DNA of 48,384 bases from NCBI GenBank assembly GCA_002726275.1, contig PBSO01000017.1, forward strand, positions 7,583-55,966, read 5' to 3'. A program made the position numbers and the translations under genes. A model generated the notes under the pieces. That model made no database searches, was not told the origin of the DNA, and saw only the letters and a program-made list of their open reading frames with translations. Origin of the DNA: Methanobacteriota archaeon (lineage in GTDB: Archaea > Thermoplasmatota > Poseidoniia > Poseidoniales > Thalassarchaeaceae). Position 1 is the stretch's first letter; each line of letters opens with the position of its first letter. Shown piece after piece: positions 37,781 through 47,219 of the stretch.

Positions 37781-40700
37781 ATGTACGCAAGGAGAAAGAC
37801 GCTATTGTCTATTTTCCTCCTACTGATTTCAACTTGGTCGGGATCGGCCGTAGCAGAAATGCGGGATGCTGATTCGAGTAGCCTGGAAGCCCCTTCCTCC
37901 GAATGGTCCGGGCAGTGGTCTCTACTTTCACGTGCAGACTTATTTGAGTATCAGATTAGGGAGTCATCAGGTCTTATTTTCTCTCCCTTCGGCAACTTTG
38001 ATCCATCCAAAGAACCATTGCCCATGGGTCCAGATTGGCTTAGAAATACGGCAAATCCAAACAACCCCCCCATCCTCATCATTCAATCAGTTGATTCAGA
38101 CTTATCCACCTTGATAGAAGATCTAGAAAATAACGGATTCAGAATTCTTGACTTCATCCCCGACAGCTCTCTTATCGTCAGGGCCCCCTCTGACCACCAA
38201 GAAAAACTCGTCAATATAGGCCATGTCAGATGGTCCAGCGTCATGCCAACTTCATGGAAGGTTTCGCCTGAAATCTTGGCCTTGGCCCCTTCAGAGGAAC
38301 TCCTTGATCTGGAAATAATACCGACCTCAGACTTAGACGCCGATCAATTATCCGAACTATCTTGGCATTTGTCCCAGATTTCAGAAGACTATGGCAATAG
38401 GGATATTTGCGATTTGAATCTATGCCAACTCAGGGCAGTTGATCCAATGTGGATCGCTCCAATAGCAATGGACTGGAGGGTTTTGAGCGTTCAGAAATAT
38501 GGTGAATTGGCAATTCACAATAGCAATGCATGGACAATCTCTGGCCTAGAAGGGGCATACTCGAGTAGTTCAAACACCCTCAATGGATCTGGTGAGGTTT
38601 TGGCCATTTCCGATACAGGTCTGGATGAAGACCATGGAGATTTCAATGGCAGGGTTAGGGGCATATATGATCAGTTCGGGCCCGATAACAGCCATTCTGA
38701 TATGAATAGCGGACACGGCACCCATGTTGCTGCCACCCTTCTTGGCGATGGATCAGGCGATACTGCCTCAAAGGGTATGGTTCCTGATGCCACATTCCAC
38801 TTCTACCAACTAGAAGCCGATAGCTCAGGTGTTCTGGCCAGATGGGGTTCTCTTTACGAGATGTTCACCCATTCATGGGACCAAGGAGCTAGGATTCAGA
38901 CAAACAGTTGGGGCAATACAAACCTAGTCGGAGAGTACTCCTCCGATTCTCGTTCTGTCGATGATTTCGTCTACGACTATCCGCGATTCCTAGCACTATT
39001 CTCAGCGGGCGACCTCGGTCCGAATTCCAACTCAGTAACACCTCCAGGTACCGCAAAAAATGCACTGACCGTAGGAGCCTCAACCACAGGCGCCTACTCG
39101 AGCGTACCGGAAGGTTCGGTTTCCGAAACCTCATCTTCAGGAACTACCTTGGACGGGAGGATAAAGCCTGACATCGTGGCTCCAGGGGTGATGATTTGCT
39201 CTGCTAGGGCGGAGGAAGCCCAGTACGCAAGTGGCAACTCATGTTCATCGGCCACCCATAGTGATGGGACGACTCCTCTGTATATGGCCCTGAATGGGTC
39301 ATCTATGGCCACTCCCGTCGCCGCTGGCGCCGCTGCGATGACCAGGCAGTACCTCAGGGAATCAGAGGGGATCAGCGAACCGCGCTCCGACCTAATCAGG
39401 GCCATTCTCATTAATGGGGCCGAGGATCTTGGCAATCCCGATATTCCAAACGCACTTGAGGGGTGGGGGCAACTGGATCTGCAACAGAGTTTGTATCCAT
39501 CTGGCACTTTCAATGATGACATCATGGGAAGTTCAGAGGGGAGCTTGAATTTATTCTATGACGACTCTAGACAACTCATGCCAGGTCACAGTTTTGCCTA
39601 TACATTTGAGATGTCCAGCGATGCCATGGGGGGGATTGATATCACATTGGTGTGGAATGACAGAGAGGGATCAGCAATTGCTAACCAGAGCGCTCCACGC
39701 TTAGTCAATGACCTTGACCTCAGGCTCACTGCTCCAAATGGCTCAGTATACATTGGAAACAGCTTCTCGGCTGGATTCAGCATTATGGGGAGTGGGAATG
39801 AGGACAGGCTGAACAATGTCGAGAGAATTAGACTGCCCTCTGGGGTCAGCGACATTATCGAAACGTGGACTGTTGAGGTGGGTCATGCCGGTGGTTACCT
39901 GCAGGATTACTCCCTAGTGGTAACGGCCAGCGCATCAGAGGTCGAGAAAGCGGATCTTGCAGTATTCGAAGGCTCATTGACTACCTCCATTGAAAGCCCC
40001 CTGCAAGGGGATACCTTGCTAATTGAGGCAGCATGGGGCAATAGGGCCTCTGCACCTACTGGGATCTACGATATCGAGATCGAGGACCTGACGACAGGGA
40101 ACATTATCCACACTTCTACCAGGGCCTCACTCAATGGGGGAGAATTGGACTCCTACTCATTTCCTCATTCATTCTCTTCAACTGGGGAGCACCTTCTTGA
40201 GTTGAGGCTGGACCCAGATTCAGTAGTGGAAGAAATTAACGATGAAATATCGGGGACAGATAACAACAAAGTCACAGTATCGGTAACGGTTTCTCAGATT
40301 GGCGTTAGGGTAACGCCAATGATGGAGGATGGGGGATTCCCAAGCAATCCCGCACAGTTGGAACAGGCGATGAGCAGAACCCTTGACCCTCGAACCGGGA
40401 GCTCGATATATTTCGACCTCGAACTTAGGAATGAGGGAACCTCGCCAATTTCTGTGAGACTGAGCGTCTCCCCGGTCCAGATTGTCTCCGAGAATGGGAT
40501 ATTGCAGCAACCATCTGATGAGTGGTGGAAACTACTCAATGAGTCCGGCCCATGGAACCTCGCGCCATTCGGCGATGAGGGTGATCGTATTGTGGTACAG
40601 TTGAACCTAACAGACATCGACACAGACATAGACAATCCCGCCGGAGCAGTTTATGCGCTTCCAGGGACTTTCGTCACGGACCTGAATCTATACGACGTAA

Positions 40701-42571
40701 ATGCCCCCACTGTCTCTAACTCCATCAGGTTAGAGGCCGAGGTGGAGAGGGTCGAGGGACTATACACCATTGCTGCTGGTACTGAGGATCTCGGAGCAGA
40801 ACCGGGCGAATTCGCAATTTTCTCCCTTTCAGTGAAGAACACAGGAAACGGCCCGACCCAGTATAGGGTAACTTGTGATTCAGAAAATCAATGGACTATT
40901 TTCATTGGAAACAGTCAATCCTCGGACATCACACTGGATCCTCTTGGTAGGTTGCAATTCCTGCCAATCCCGATTAAGGTAAGAGTCCCAGATTCCCAGA
41001 ATGGGGAACCGTCTGCTGGTACCACGGAAGATCTGTCATGCACTACCACTTCTGTCAATGATCCTACCCTTACCACAACTGAAGATGCAACTGTGGAGGT
41101 TCTAGAGAATATGGATTTCCTGACGGATATCTTTTCTGTGGATGAACCTGATATTTGGACACCGCTGGGGGCACTCGCTGCCGCATCAGACAGAGCTGTC
41201 CTCAATGGGGACACCGTGGCAACTAAGATGGTGGTAACTAATGATGGAAATGTACCAATGACATTCGAAGTTACAGCACTTTCCTCGCTAAACACGTGGC
41301 CCGTGCAAATAGTACACGATTCGGACGAGTCATTGGAGGGTGTTTCTTTCACAATCCCTGCTGGCTCGCAGGCAACTGTAACCGTAAACACAATCGTTCC
41401 CATGACTGCACAGATGGGGGACTCGAATACCATAACCATCAGGACCGTTCAGGAGGGAGGGGAGATGGTCACTAATGCCACCAAGCTAGTCGTACTAGAG
41501 TTGGCGCACTTGGACCTAGTCGGTGATGAGAAGATTTCGGTAGCACTGGGCACTAGCGGGATAGCTTCGATACATGCCCACAATGTCGGGAATGTGGAAT
41601 TATCAGTATCTCTGACGATGGGAACCCTCCCAGATGGGTGGTCAGCCGGCTTCCTATCTTCTCGTGATTTTCAGATGGGGATGAACCAGGAAGCGACAAT
41701 AACGGTGGCCTTAGAATTGCCTGGAAACCTAACCTCTGGACCTCTAGCGAGTACTGTCCCTGTCATCATTGAGGCATTAACGCCTAGTGGGGTCTCCCAG
41801 TCCTACACAGTGTGGATGCAAGTCGAAGTACTGCCGTCATCATGGCTCATGTTCGAATGTCAGAGCACCTCGATAGAGGGAATCGTTGCTGGCACTGAAG
41901 GGGAGTTTGAAGTTACTCTAACAAACTGGGGGAATGTGGACTCCGAGTTTACAATTGACTTGGTAACGCCCGATGGTTGGTCAGTATCAATCTACTCTCC
42001 ACATTCAGGACCACTTTCCCCTGGACAGACTATCCAGATATTGGTAACCGCAAGCCCCGGCGACTCCACGGAGTTCGGCCTCGTTCAACTGTCTCTGCAA
42101 GCGAACTCAATCTCGTCAGATGTGACATCCACCAATGGCAATATCGAATTACAGGTTAGTAAATCCAGAGATTCAGATTCTGGATTGATTCCACCTTGGG
42201 CGTACGCGATAATTTTCCTATTGCTACTTTCGACCACGGTTGTCCTCGGATTGAGGATGAGGAAGTCAACCTCCGAAGGGCTAAGGCCGGAAGAAGAATT
42301 GATCCCGCCTGGTTCCGCACTCCTCTCGGGGACCCAAAATGAGAGAATGGCAGCTGCAATGGAGACAAGCGTTTCAGGCGAGGTTCTAACTGGAACGGTT
42401 TCTGACGACGAAATTGAATCGGCCTTGAGCTCTTCCTCATTGCCATCACTTGAGATTCCCAGTTCTCCAGAGGGAGCTCCACCTCTTCCTCTCGGTGGCC
42501 TTCCAGAAGGATGGACAATGGATCAGTGGGTCGCTTACGGGCACCTCTGGTGGGAGCAGAATCGTCCGTGA
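37781..42571 (+). CDS. Large membrane-anchored S8 serine protease (KP-43-like catalytic domain) with CARDB/NEW3 Ig-like repeats
   Basis: Signal and pro region. ISDTG, GHGTHVA, TNSWG, PGTAKN, DGRIKPDIVAPG, NGSSMATP and NDLDL...NNVE. Ig-like repeats (VKNTGNG, VTNDGN, HNVGN, TNWGN). TM helix WAYAIIFLLLLSTTVVLGL. Confidence 0.9.
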   Translation: MYARRKTLLSIFLLLISTWSGSAVAEMRDADSSSLEAPSSEWSGQWSLLSRADLFEYQIRESSGLIFSPFGNFDPSKEPLPMGPDWLRNTANPNNPPILIIQSVDSDLSTLIEDLENNGFRILDFIPDSSLIVRAPSDHQEKLVNIGHVRWSSVMPTSWKVSPEILALAPSEELLDLEIIPTSDLDADQLSELSWHLSQISEDYGNRDICDLNLCQLRAVDPMWIAPIAMDWRVLSVQKYGELAIHNSNAWTISGLEGAYSSSSNTLNGSGEVLAISDTGLDEDHGDFNGRVRGIYDQFGPDNSHSDMNSGHGTHVAATLLGDGSGDTASKGMVPDATFHFYQLEADSSGVLARWGSLYEMFTHSWDQGARIQTNSWGNTNLVGEYSSDSRSVDDFVYDYPRFLALFSAGDLGPNSNSVTPPGTAKNALTVGASTTGAYSSVPEGSVSETSSSGTTLDGRIKPDIVAPGVMICSARAEEAQYASGNSCSSATHSDGTTPLYMALNGSSMATPVAAGAAAMTRQYLRESEGISEPRSDLIRAILINGAEDLGNPDIPNALEGWGQLDLQQSLYPSGTFNDDIMGSSEGSLNLFYDDSRQLMPGHSFAYTFEMSSDAMGGIDITLVWNDREGSAIANQSAPRLVNDLDLRLTAPNGSVYIGNSFSAGFSIMGSGNEDRLNNVERIRLPSGVSDIIETWTVEVGHAGGYLQDYSLVVTASASEVEKADLAVFEGSLTTSIESPLQGDTLLIEAAWGNRASAPTGIYDIEIEDLTTGNIIHTSTRASLNGGELDSYSFPHSFSSTGEHLLELRLDPDSVVEEINDEISGTDNNKVTVSVTVSQIGVRVTPMMEDGGFPSNPAQLEQAMSRTLDPRTGSSIYFDLELRNEGTSPISVRLSVSPVQIVSENGILQQPSDEWWKLLNESGPWNLAPFGDEGDRIVVQLNLTDIDTDIDNPAGAVYALPGTFVTDLNLYDVNAPTVSNSIRLEAEVERVEGLYTIAAGTEDLGAEPGEFAIFSLSVKNTGNGPTQYRVTCDSENQWTIFIGNSQSSDITLDPLGRLQFLPIPIKVRVPDSQNGEPSAGTTEDLSCTTTSVNDPTLTTTEDATVEVLENMDFLTDIFSVDEPDIWTPLGALAAASDRAVLNGDTVATKMVVTNDGNVPMTFEVTALSSLNTWPVQIVHDSDESLEGVSFTIPAGSQATVTVNTIVPMTAQMGDSNTITIRTVQEGGEMVTNATKLVVLELAHLDLVGDEKISVALGTSGIASIHAHNVGNVELSVSLTMGTLPDGWSAGFLSSRDFQMGMNQEATITVALELPGNLTSGPLASTVPVIIEALTPSGVSQSYTVWMQVEVLPSSWLMFECQSTSIEGIVAGTEGEFEVTLTNWGNVDSEFTIDLVTPDGWSVSIYSPHSGPLSPGQTIQILVTASPGDSTEFGLVQLSLQANSISSDVTSTNGNIELQVSKSRDSDSGLIPPWAYAIIFLLLLSTTVVLGLRMRKSTSEGLRPEEELIPPGSALLSGTQNERMAAAMETSVSGEVLTGTVSDDEIESALSSSSLPSLEIPSSPEGAPPLPLGGLPEGWTMDQWVAYGHLWWEQNRP

Positions 42572-42602
42572 CCATTATCACTGCATCCTAGGTCGGAATC
42601 AC

Positions 42603-43217
42603 ATGGCTGGCTCTATTGTATTGTTTGGTCCGCCTGGGGCTGGGAAGGGGACACAAGCAGGTAAGATATCTGAAATTACTGGGAAACCACAGGTCTCTAC
42701 TGGGGACATGCTAAGGTCAGCAGTTGCCGAGGGCACACAATTGGGTCACGAAGCCAAGACGTTCATGGATGCGGGGCTCCTCGTTCCTGATTCCATAATT
42801 ATTGGACTAATCTCCGAGAGGCTAAGAAATGATGATGCATCGAATGGTGTTCTCTTTGATGGCTTTCCTAGAACAATTCATCAAGCAGAGGCACTAGAAG
42901 AAATAGTCTCAGTAACATCAGTGATATCAATTGAAGTTCCCGACGAATCGATCATTGAAAGAATAGTGGGAAGGAGGATGGATCCGGAAACCGGGGAGAT
43001 ATACCACATCAAGTTCAAACCCCCTCCAGAGGAAATATCCCTTAGGGTCATCCAAAGGAGGGATGACACCGAGGAGACTGTTAGGAGCAGATTAACCGCA
43101 TATCACGAACAGACGGCACCACTAGCTGATTGGTACTCCGAAAAAGGCCTACTAGTTCGAATCGATGGGGATATGCCAATCGAAGAGGTAGGCAAGTCAA
43201 TAGCTTCCAAACTGTGA
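42603..43217 (+). CDS. adk: Adenylate kinase (bacterial/eukaryotic type)
   Basis: GPPGAGKGTQ, STGDMLR, GLLVPD, FDGFPRT and QRRDDTEE. Start moved to ATG 42603. Confidence 0.95.
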   Translation: MAGSIVLFGPPGAGKGTQAGKISEITGKPQVSTGDMLRSAVAEGTQLGHEAKTFMDAGLLVPDSIIIGLISERLRNDDASNGVLFDGFPRTIHQAEALEEIVSVTSVISIEVPDESIIERIVGRRMDPETGEIYHIKFKPPPEEISLRVIQRRDDTEETVRSRLTAYHEQTAPLADWYSEKGLLVRIDGDMPIEEVGKSIASKL

Positions 43218-43226
43218 GGGATTGAA

Positions 43227-43550
43227 ATTTCTAGAAGAGGGCAAAGCCGGTCAAGAACTTCCCGAAGGAGGAAGTCGGACGCTGCGGAGACAATATCTGA
43301 GCTATCAGAAACCCTCTCCAGTAATATTTCCAGAGACATAGAGATCGCAAATGTGGCAGCAAGGGATATATTGAGAGTTGGAAGGAGACATGGTAAGAGG
43401 CCAGACTCCGGGATTTCTAGGATGATATGCAGGTCCTGCAAAAAATCTCTCTCACCAGGTGCGAACTCAAGAATTAGAATTGTCTCCAAGCAGGTGGTTA
43501 CAACATGCCTGTATTGTGGCAGGGTCAGAAAGTTTAGTCCGGGTGAATAG
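43227..43550 (+). CDS. rnp4: Ribonuclease P protein component 4 (Rpp21/Rpr2); start codon uncertain
   Basis: CRSC...PG.NSRIRI...TCLYCGRVRKF zinc ribbon. Frame is open from 43218 and encodes the expected N-terminal helices, but has no in-frame ATG/GTG/TTG until 43353. Adjacent to yhbY, as in other archaea. Confidence 0.75.
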   Translation: MSRRGQSRSRTSRRRKSDAAETISELSETLSSNISRDIEIANVAARDILRVGRRHGKRPDSGISRMICRSCKKSLSPGANSRIRIVSKQVVTTCLYCGRVRKFSPGE

Positions 43551-43551
43551 T

Positions 43552-43824
43552 ATGAGTTCAATACCAGAAAGAATAGTTAGGCAGTCATCTGATCCCTCAC
43601 TTAAGGTGACTGTAAGGATTGGAAAATCCGGCTCAACTGATGCCATAGTGGCAGAGTTGGAAGACCAACTGAAAACTCGCGAACTTGTGAAAGTTAAGGC
43701 GAACAGGGGAATAGCCGGAGACTCCCAAGAGAGGACAGACATCTTCAGTTCATTGGCTTCGGAAACGAAATCAAGACTAGTCTTTCAGAGAGGGAACGTG
43801 GCAGTTTTCTGGTCAGGTAGATAA
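43552..43824 (+). CDS. yhbY: YhbY/CRM-domain RNA-binding protein
   Basis: VTVRIGKSG, QLKTRELVKVK and QRGNVAVFW. GGGTGA SD-like motif upstream of ATG 43552. Confidence 0.88.
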   Translation: MSSIPERIVRQSSDPSLKVTVRIGKSGSTDAIVAELEDQLKTRELVKVKANRGIAGDSQERTDIFSSLASETKSRLVFQRGNVAVFWSGR

Positions 43825-43893
43825 CCCTCTCTAAGCCAATTAAGGAATCATTCGGGTCGCGAAATATTTAGGGTGCACATTGGTCGGAGTCTC

Positions 43894-45303
43894 ATGGTCA
43901 GTCAGGAACAAGTGGTATTGGGGATTTTCATACTCTCCTTTGTGTTAATTCTCTCAGAGGTAGTACATAGGACAATAGCTGCATGGTTTGGCTCCGTTTT
44001 GATGCTTCTATACGGTCATTGGACAGGGGTCTTTCACCTCCATGAAGAATACAACTCCGCCGGTCAATTGATTGATACGTACACTCTTGAGCATACCATG
44101 CTGGGTTGGATAGAGTGGGAGGTGATCGGCCTATTACTTGGGATGATGATTTTCGCTTCCATCTTGGAACTGTGCGGTTTCTTCGAGTATGTGGCGATTA
44201 AGGCATCTAAGATGAGCAAGGGCGACCCTTGGAGGTTGATTGTCCTGCTCGGAACCTTCACCACATTGCTATCTCTTGTCATCGACAATGTCACTGCGAT
44301 CATCATTATCGCTCCTGTGACTTTGAGAATCTGCAATAAATTGGAGATTAATCCAGTCCCCCCGTTGCTCGCAGAGGCAATCCTGTCCGACACCGGTGGA
44401 GTAGCCTCGATGGTAGGCGACCCTCCCAATGTCATGATCGCTGCAGCCGCTGCTGATGCAACCCCTGCTTTGGAAGCGTTCTCTTTCAATGGCTTTCTTT
44501 TCAAGCTAGGTATTCTAACATTCATTGCATGGGCTGCAACTCTGATTTACTTCAGGTGGTACTACAAGGACTGGGCGGAGAAGAAGTCACCACACGTCGA
44601 CCTTCTTATGGAAGAGGACGAGTGGGATGCAATCAACGACAAGCAGCTGATGTATACGACTCTCTTTATTCTCGGCATGACCGTAGTAGCGTTCTCCGCT
44701 AAGTCTCTTCTAGATCTAGAGATAGAGATTGATGGGATAGCCCTAGCAGGTGCTGGTTTCGCACTGATTGCTGCTAGGCCGGGTGAGGAAATAAGAGAAG
44801 GATTCATCAATGACGTAGTGGAGAAGGTTGAGTGGCAAGCTTTACTGTTCTTTGTAGGGCTATTCTTGCTAGTTGGAGGAATTGGCGATGTCGGCTATCT
44901 CGATCAGGTCGCCAACTGGATTTTCGATAACTTCGGAGATGACGAGGTCAAGCTCGCCATAGCTATCATCTGGGTCTCTGCAATAGCCAGTGCCCTGATT
45001 GACAACATCCCATTCACAGCAGCCATGATTCCGGTAATATTCAGCATCACTGAGGCCAGTGGAGGGACTCTGAGCCCAGAGCCCCTACTATGGGCACTGG
45101 CAATGGGGGCTGGATTCGGTGGAAATGCGACTCCGATTGGATCCAGCGCCAATGTGATGACGGTAGCAATCAGCGAGCGTTCACCGTATCCGATAACCAC
45201 GAGAGAATGGGTTAGGGCAGGGCTTCCCGTGATGCTGATCACATGCTTCGTGGCGACCGTATTCATGTACTTCTTCCATGGCGCATTGTATGCTCCATTG
45301 TGA
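43894..45303 (+). CDS. ArsB/NhaD/P-protein (IT superfamily) ion transporter
   Basis: IDNVTA, GGVASMVGDPPN, VEWQALLFF, SALIDNIPF and GGNATPIGSSAN; many TM helices. TATA-like ATATTTAG about 25 nt upstream. Confidence 0.88.
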   Translation: MVSQEQVVLGIFILSFVLILSEVVHRTIAAWFGSVLMLLYGHWTGVFHLHEEYNSAGQLIDTYTLEHTMLGWIEWEVIGLLLGMMIFASILELCGFFEYVAIKASKMSKGDPWRLIVLLGTFTTLLSLVIDNVTAIIIIAPVTLRICNKLEINPVPPLLAEAILSDTGGVASMVGDPPNVMIAAAAADATPALEAFSFNGFLFKLGILTFIAWAATLIYFRWYYKDWAEKKSPHVDLLMEEDEWDAINDKQLMYTTLFILGMTVVAFSAKSLLDLEIEIDGIALAGAGFALIAARPGEEIREGFINDVVEKVEWQALLFFVGLFLLVGGIGDVGYLDQVANWIFDNFGDDEVKLAIAIIWVSAIASALIDNIPFTAAMIPVIFSITEASGGTLSPEPLLWALAMGAGFGGNATPIGSSANVMTVAISERSPYPITTREWVRAGLPVMLITCFVATVFMYFFHGALYAPL

Positions 45304-45348
45304 CGTCTCAGAACACGTCCCTACCATCATCATGGAGCACGAAACCCT

Positions 45349-47139
45349 CTACTCATCCTGATTCTCTACTTTCAGGCCCCCAACGACCTCGTCCGTCCTT
45401 TTCGGAAGAAGATCATCGAATACAACTTCAGAGGTAGTCTCATCACCAACCTCGTTCGACATTGATGCTATCTCAATTCCTTCCCTGGCATGCACTGATT
45501 CCGAGAGCGCCTCGTCCAAACGGTCTAGTGCCCTAGAGGAAACCATCCTAGAAATCGTCCCCCTTCTCTCTTCATCTCTAAGAGATTCGATCTGTGCCAG
45601 AAGCATCTCCCGTCTAGCATTCTCCACCCTGGCTGCATGAACAATGCTCGACCTGGAGAGTAAAGAAACCCGTTGTGTGGCAGCAAACTCCTGTTGCTCG
45701 TATGACTCTGCTAACAGCTCCCTATCCTCACTGCTTACCAAGCCCTCTTCAGCCATTTCGCCAAGTCTTTCCAGGGCAGCACGACTGGCCACAACCTCAG
45801 CCAAAGCAATCTCGTATTCCTGCTCACTCTCGGAAACCACGCCGGTGATTCCGAGTTTCTGTAGTAAAGGCTTCATCGTAAGTCCCTGTACAAGCAGGGT
45901 CCAGAGGACAACAGCGAAACCTATCACAAGCATTGTTTCGTAAACAGACTCGTCAATGAATACCAGTCCACTATGACCCTCAAGATGAGTTCCTTCGTGG
46001 ACAATGTGCGACATATAGAGAAGTAAGGCAATTGGTATACTTCCCCTTAGCCCTCCCCAATATAGGGCCAACTGCCACTCATTTGAAATTGGCTGTTGCC
46101 GTGATAAATTTGTAATTGATGTCAGGGGGAATACCACTAATCTTGCTGCCAAGGCAGCAAAAATCCCATAGAACGCCAATCGCAGTGTCTCTGTAGTGGG
46201 GGTCAGGACACTTTGCAATTCGTATCCAATCATCAGGAAAAGTACGCTATTAATCAGGAATACAACAACTTCCCAAAAATGATGAAGGCCAATTCTCGCA
46301 GTCGGAGTCATCCCATGTTCAACTCCATGGTTACCAACCAACAACCCTGCAACTACTACAGCAATTACCCCGCTACCATGCAATGTTTCGGCAATAAGGA
46401 AGGATCCGAAAGCAAGAGCCACAGTCAGGGCAATTTCGACCAAGTGATCCTCACTATGTTCCAGTAGCCAATTTCCTATGGAACCAAGTACAGAACCTAC
46501 GATGAGGCCTATGAGGACCACAGTAAGGAATGAAGCAATTCCCTCTGTGATCATGGCAGAAGTGCCCAGTTCTCCACCTGCTAGAAGTGTGAGCAGTGAG
46601 ATTAGTAATATGTTGAACAGGACAACAGCTGTTCCATCGTTGAATAACGACTCCCCCTCAATCAATACTGACAACCTCTTGGGCGCGCCCAATGTCCTGA
46701 CAAGTGCCAGTACGCTCACAGGGTCTGTGGCAGCTAGAATGCTTCCAATCAGGAGCCCGTAGATCATTCCATATTCCGCATCAGCCCAGAGTAGCTTCCA
46801 AAGTATTGTCCCAATGATTGCTGTATTGAGGAGGACTCCCGGGACAGCAAGAATGGAGATCGGCCTCCAGTTCCTACGAAGCCTATCTATGTGCATCTGC
46901 ACTGCTCCCTCGAATAGGAGCGGTGGAAGTAGGATGAACAGGATAATCTCAGCAGACATAAGCCCACCTCCGGGCTCAAGTGGCAGGAATCCCTCTCCAA
47001 GCCAACCAAGCATCAATCCAACAATAACAAGGGCGATTGTGTATGGCAACCTCACCCACCTGAGTCCCAGTGCCACCAATAATGACATTATCAGAGCTCC
47101 AAGGAGGCCCTGCAACCAGGTCGGGGGTATGGCCGTCAT
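45349..47139 (-). CDS. CPA1 family Na+/H+ antiporter (NhaP/NhaG-like)
   Basis: LPYTIAL, LLPPLLFE, ATDPVSV, EGESLFNDG, WGGLRG and LLVQGLTMKPL; helical cytoplasmic tail. Start 47139 preferred. Confidence 0.92.
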   Translation of the reverse strand: MTAIPPTWLQGLLGALIMSLLVALGLRWVRLPYTIALVIVGLMLGWLGEGFLPLEPGGGLMSAEIILFILLPPLLFEGAVQMHIDRLRRNWRPISILAVPGVLLNTAIIGTILWKLLWADAEYGMIYGLLIGSILAATDPVSVLALVRTLGAPKRLSVLIEGESLFNDGTAVVLFNILLISLLTLLAGGELGTSAMITEGIASFLTVVLIGLIVGSVLGSIGNWLLEHSEDHLVEIALTVALAFGSFLIAETLHGSGVIAVVVAGLLVGNHGVEHGMTPTARIGLHHFWEVVVFLINSVLFLMIGYELQSVLTPTTETLRLAFYGIFAALAARLVVFPLTSITNLSRQQPISNEWQLALYWGGLRGSIPIALLLYMSHIVHEGTHLEGHSGLVFIDESVYETMLVIGFAVVLWTLLVQGLTMKPLLQKLGITGVVSESEQEYEIALAEVVASRAALERLGEMAEEGLVSSEDRELLAESYEQQEFAATQRVSLLSRSSIVHAARVENARREMLLAQIESLRDEERRGTISRMVSSRALDRLDEALSESVHAREGIEIASMSNEVGDETTSEVVFDDLLPKRTDEVVGGLKVENQDE

Positions 47140-47219
47140 AATTGTCCGAGGCAACTTTCTACATTGAACTTGACGCATGTAGCCCGCTATAATGAAGCAC
47201 GAGACCTCTTCAGAAGGCT

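Noticed and set aside
43215-43217. adk UGA as a selenocysteine codon
   Set aside because: Adk is complete at this point, the position is not a catalytic Cys site, and I saw no SECIS-like element.
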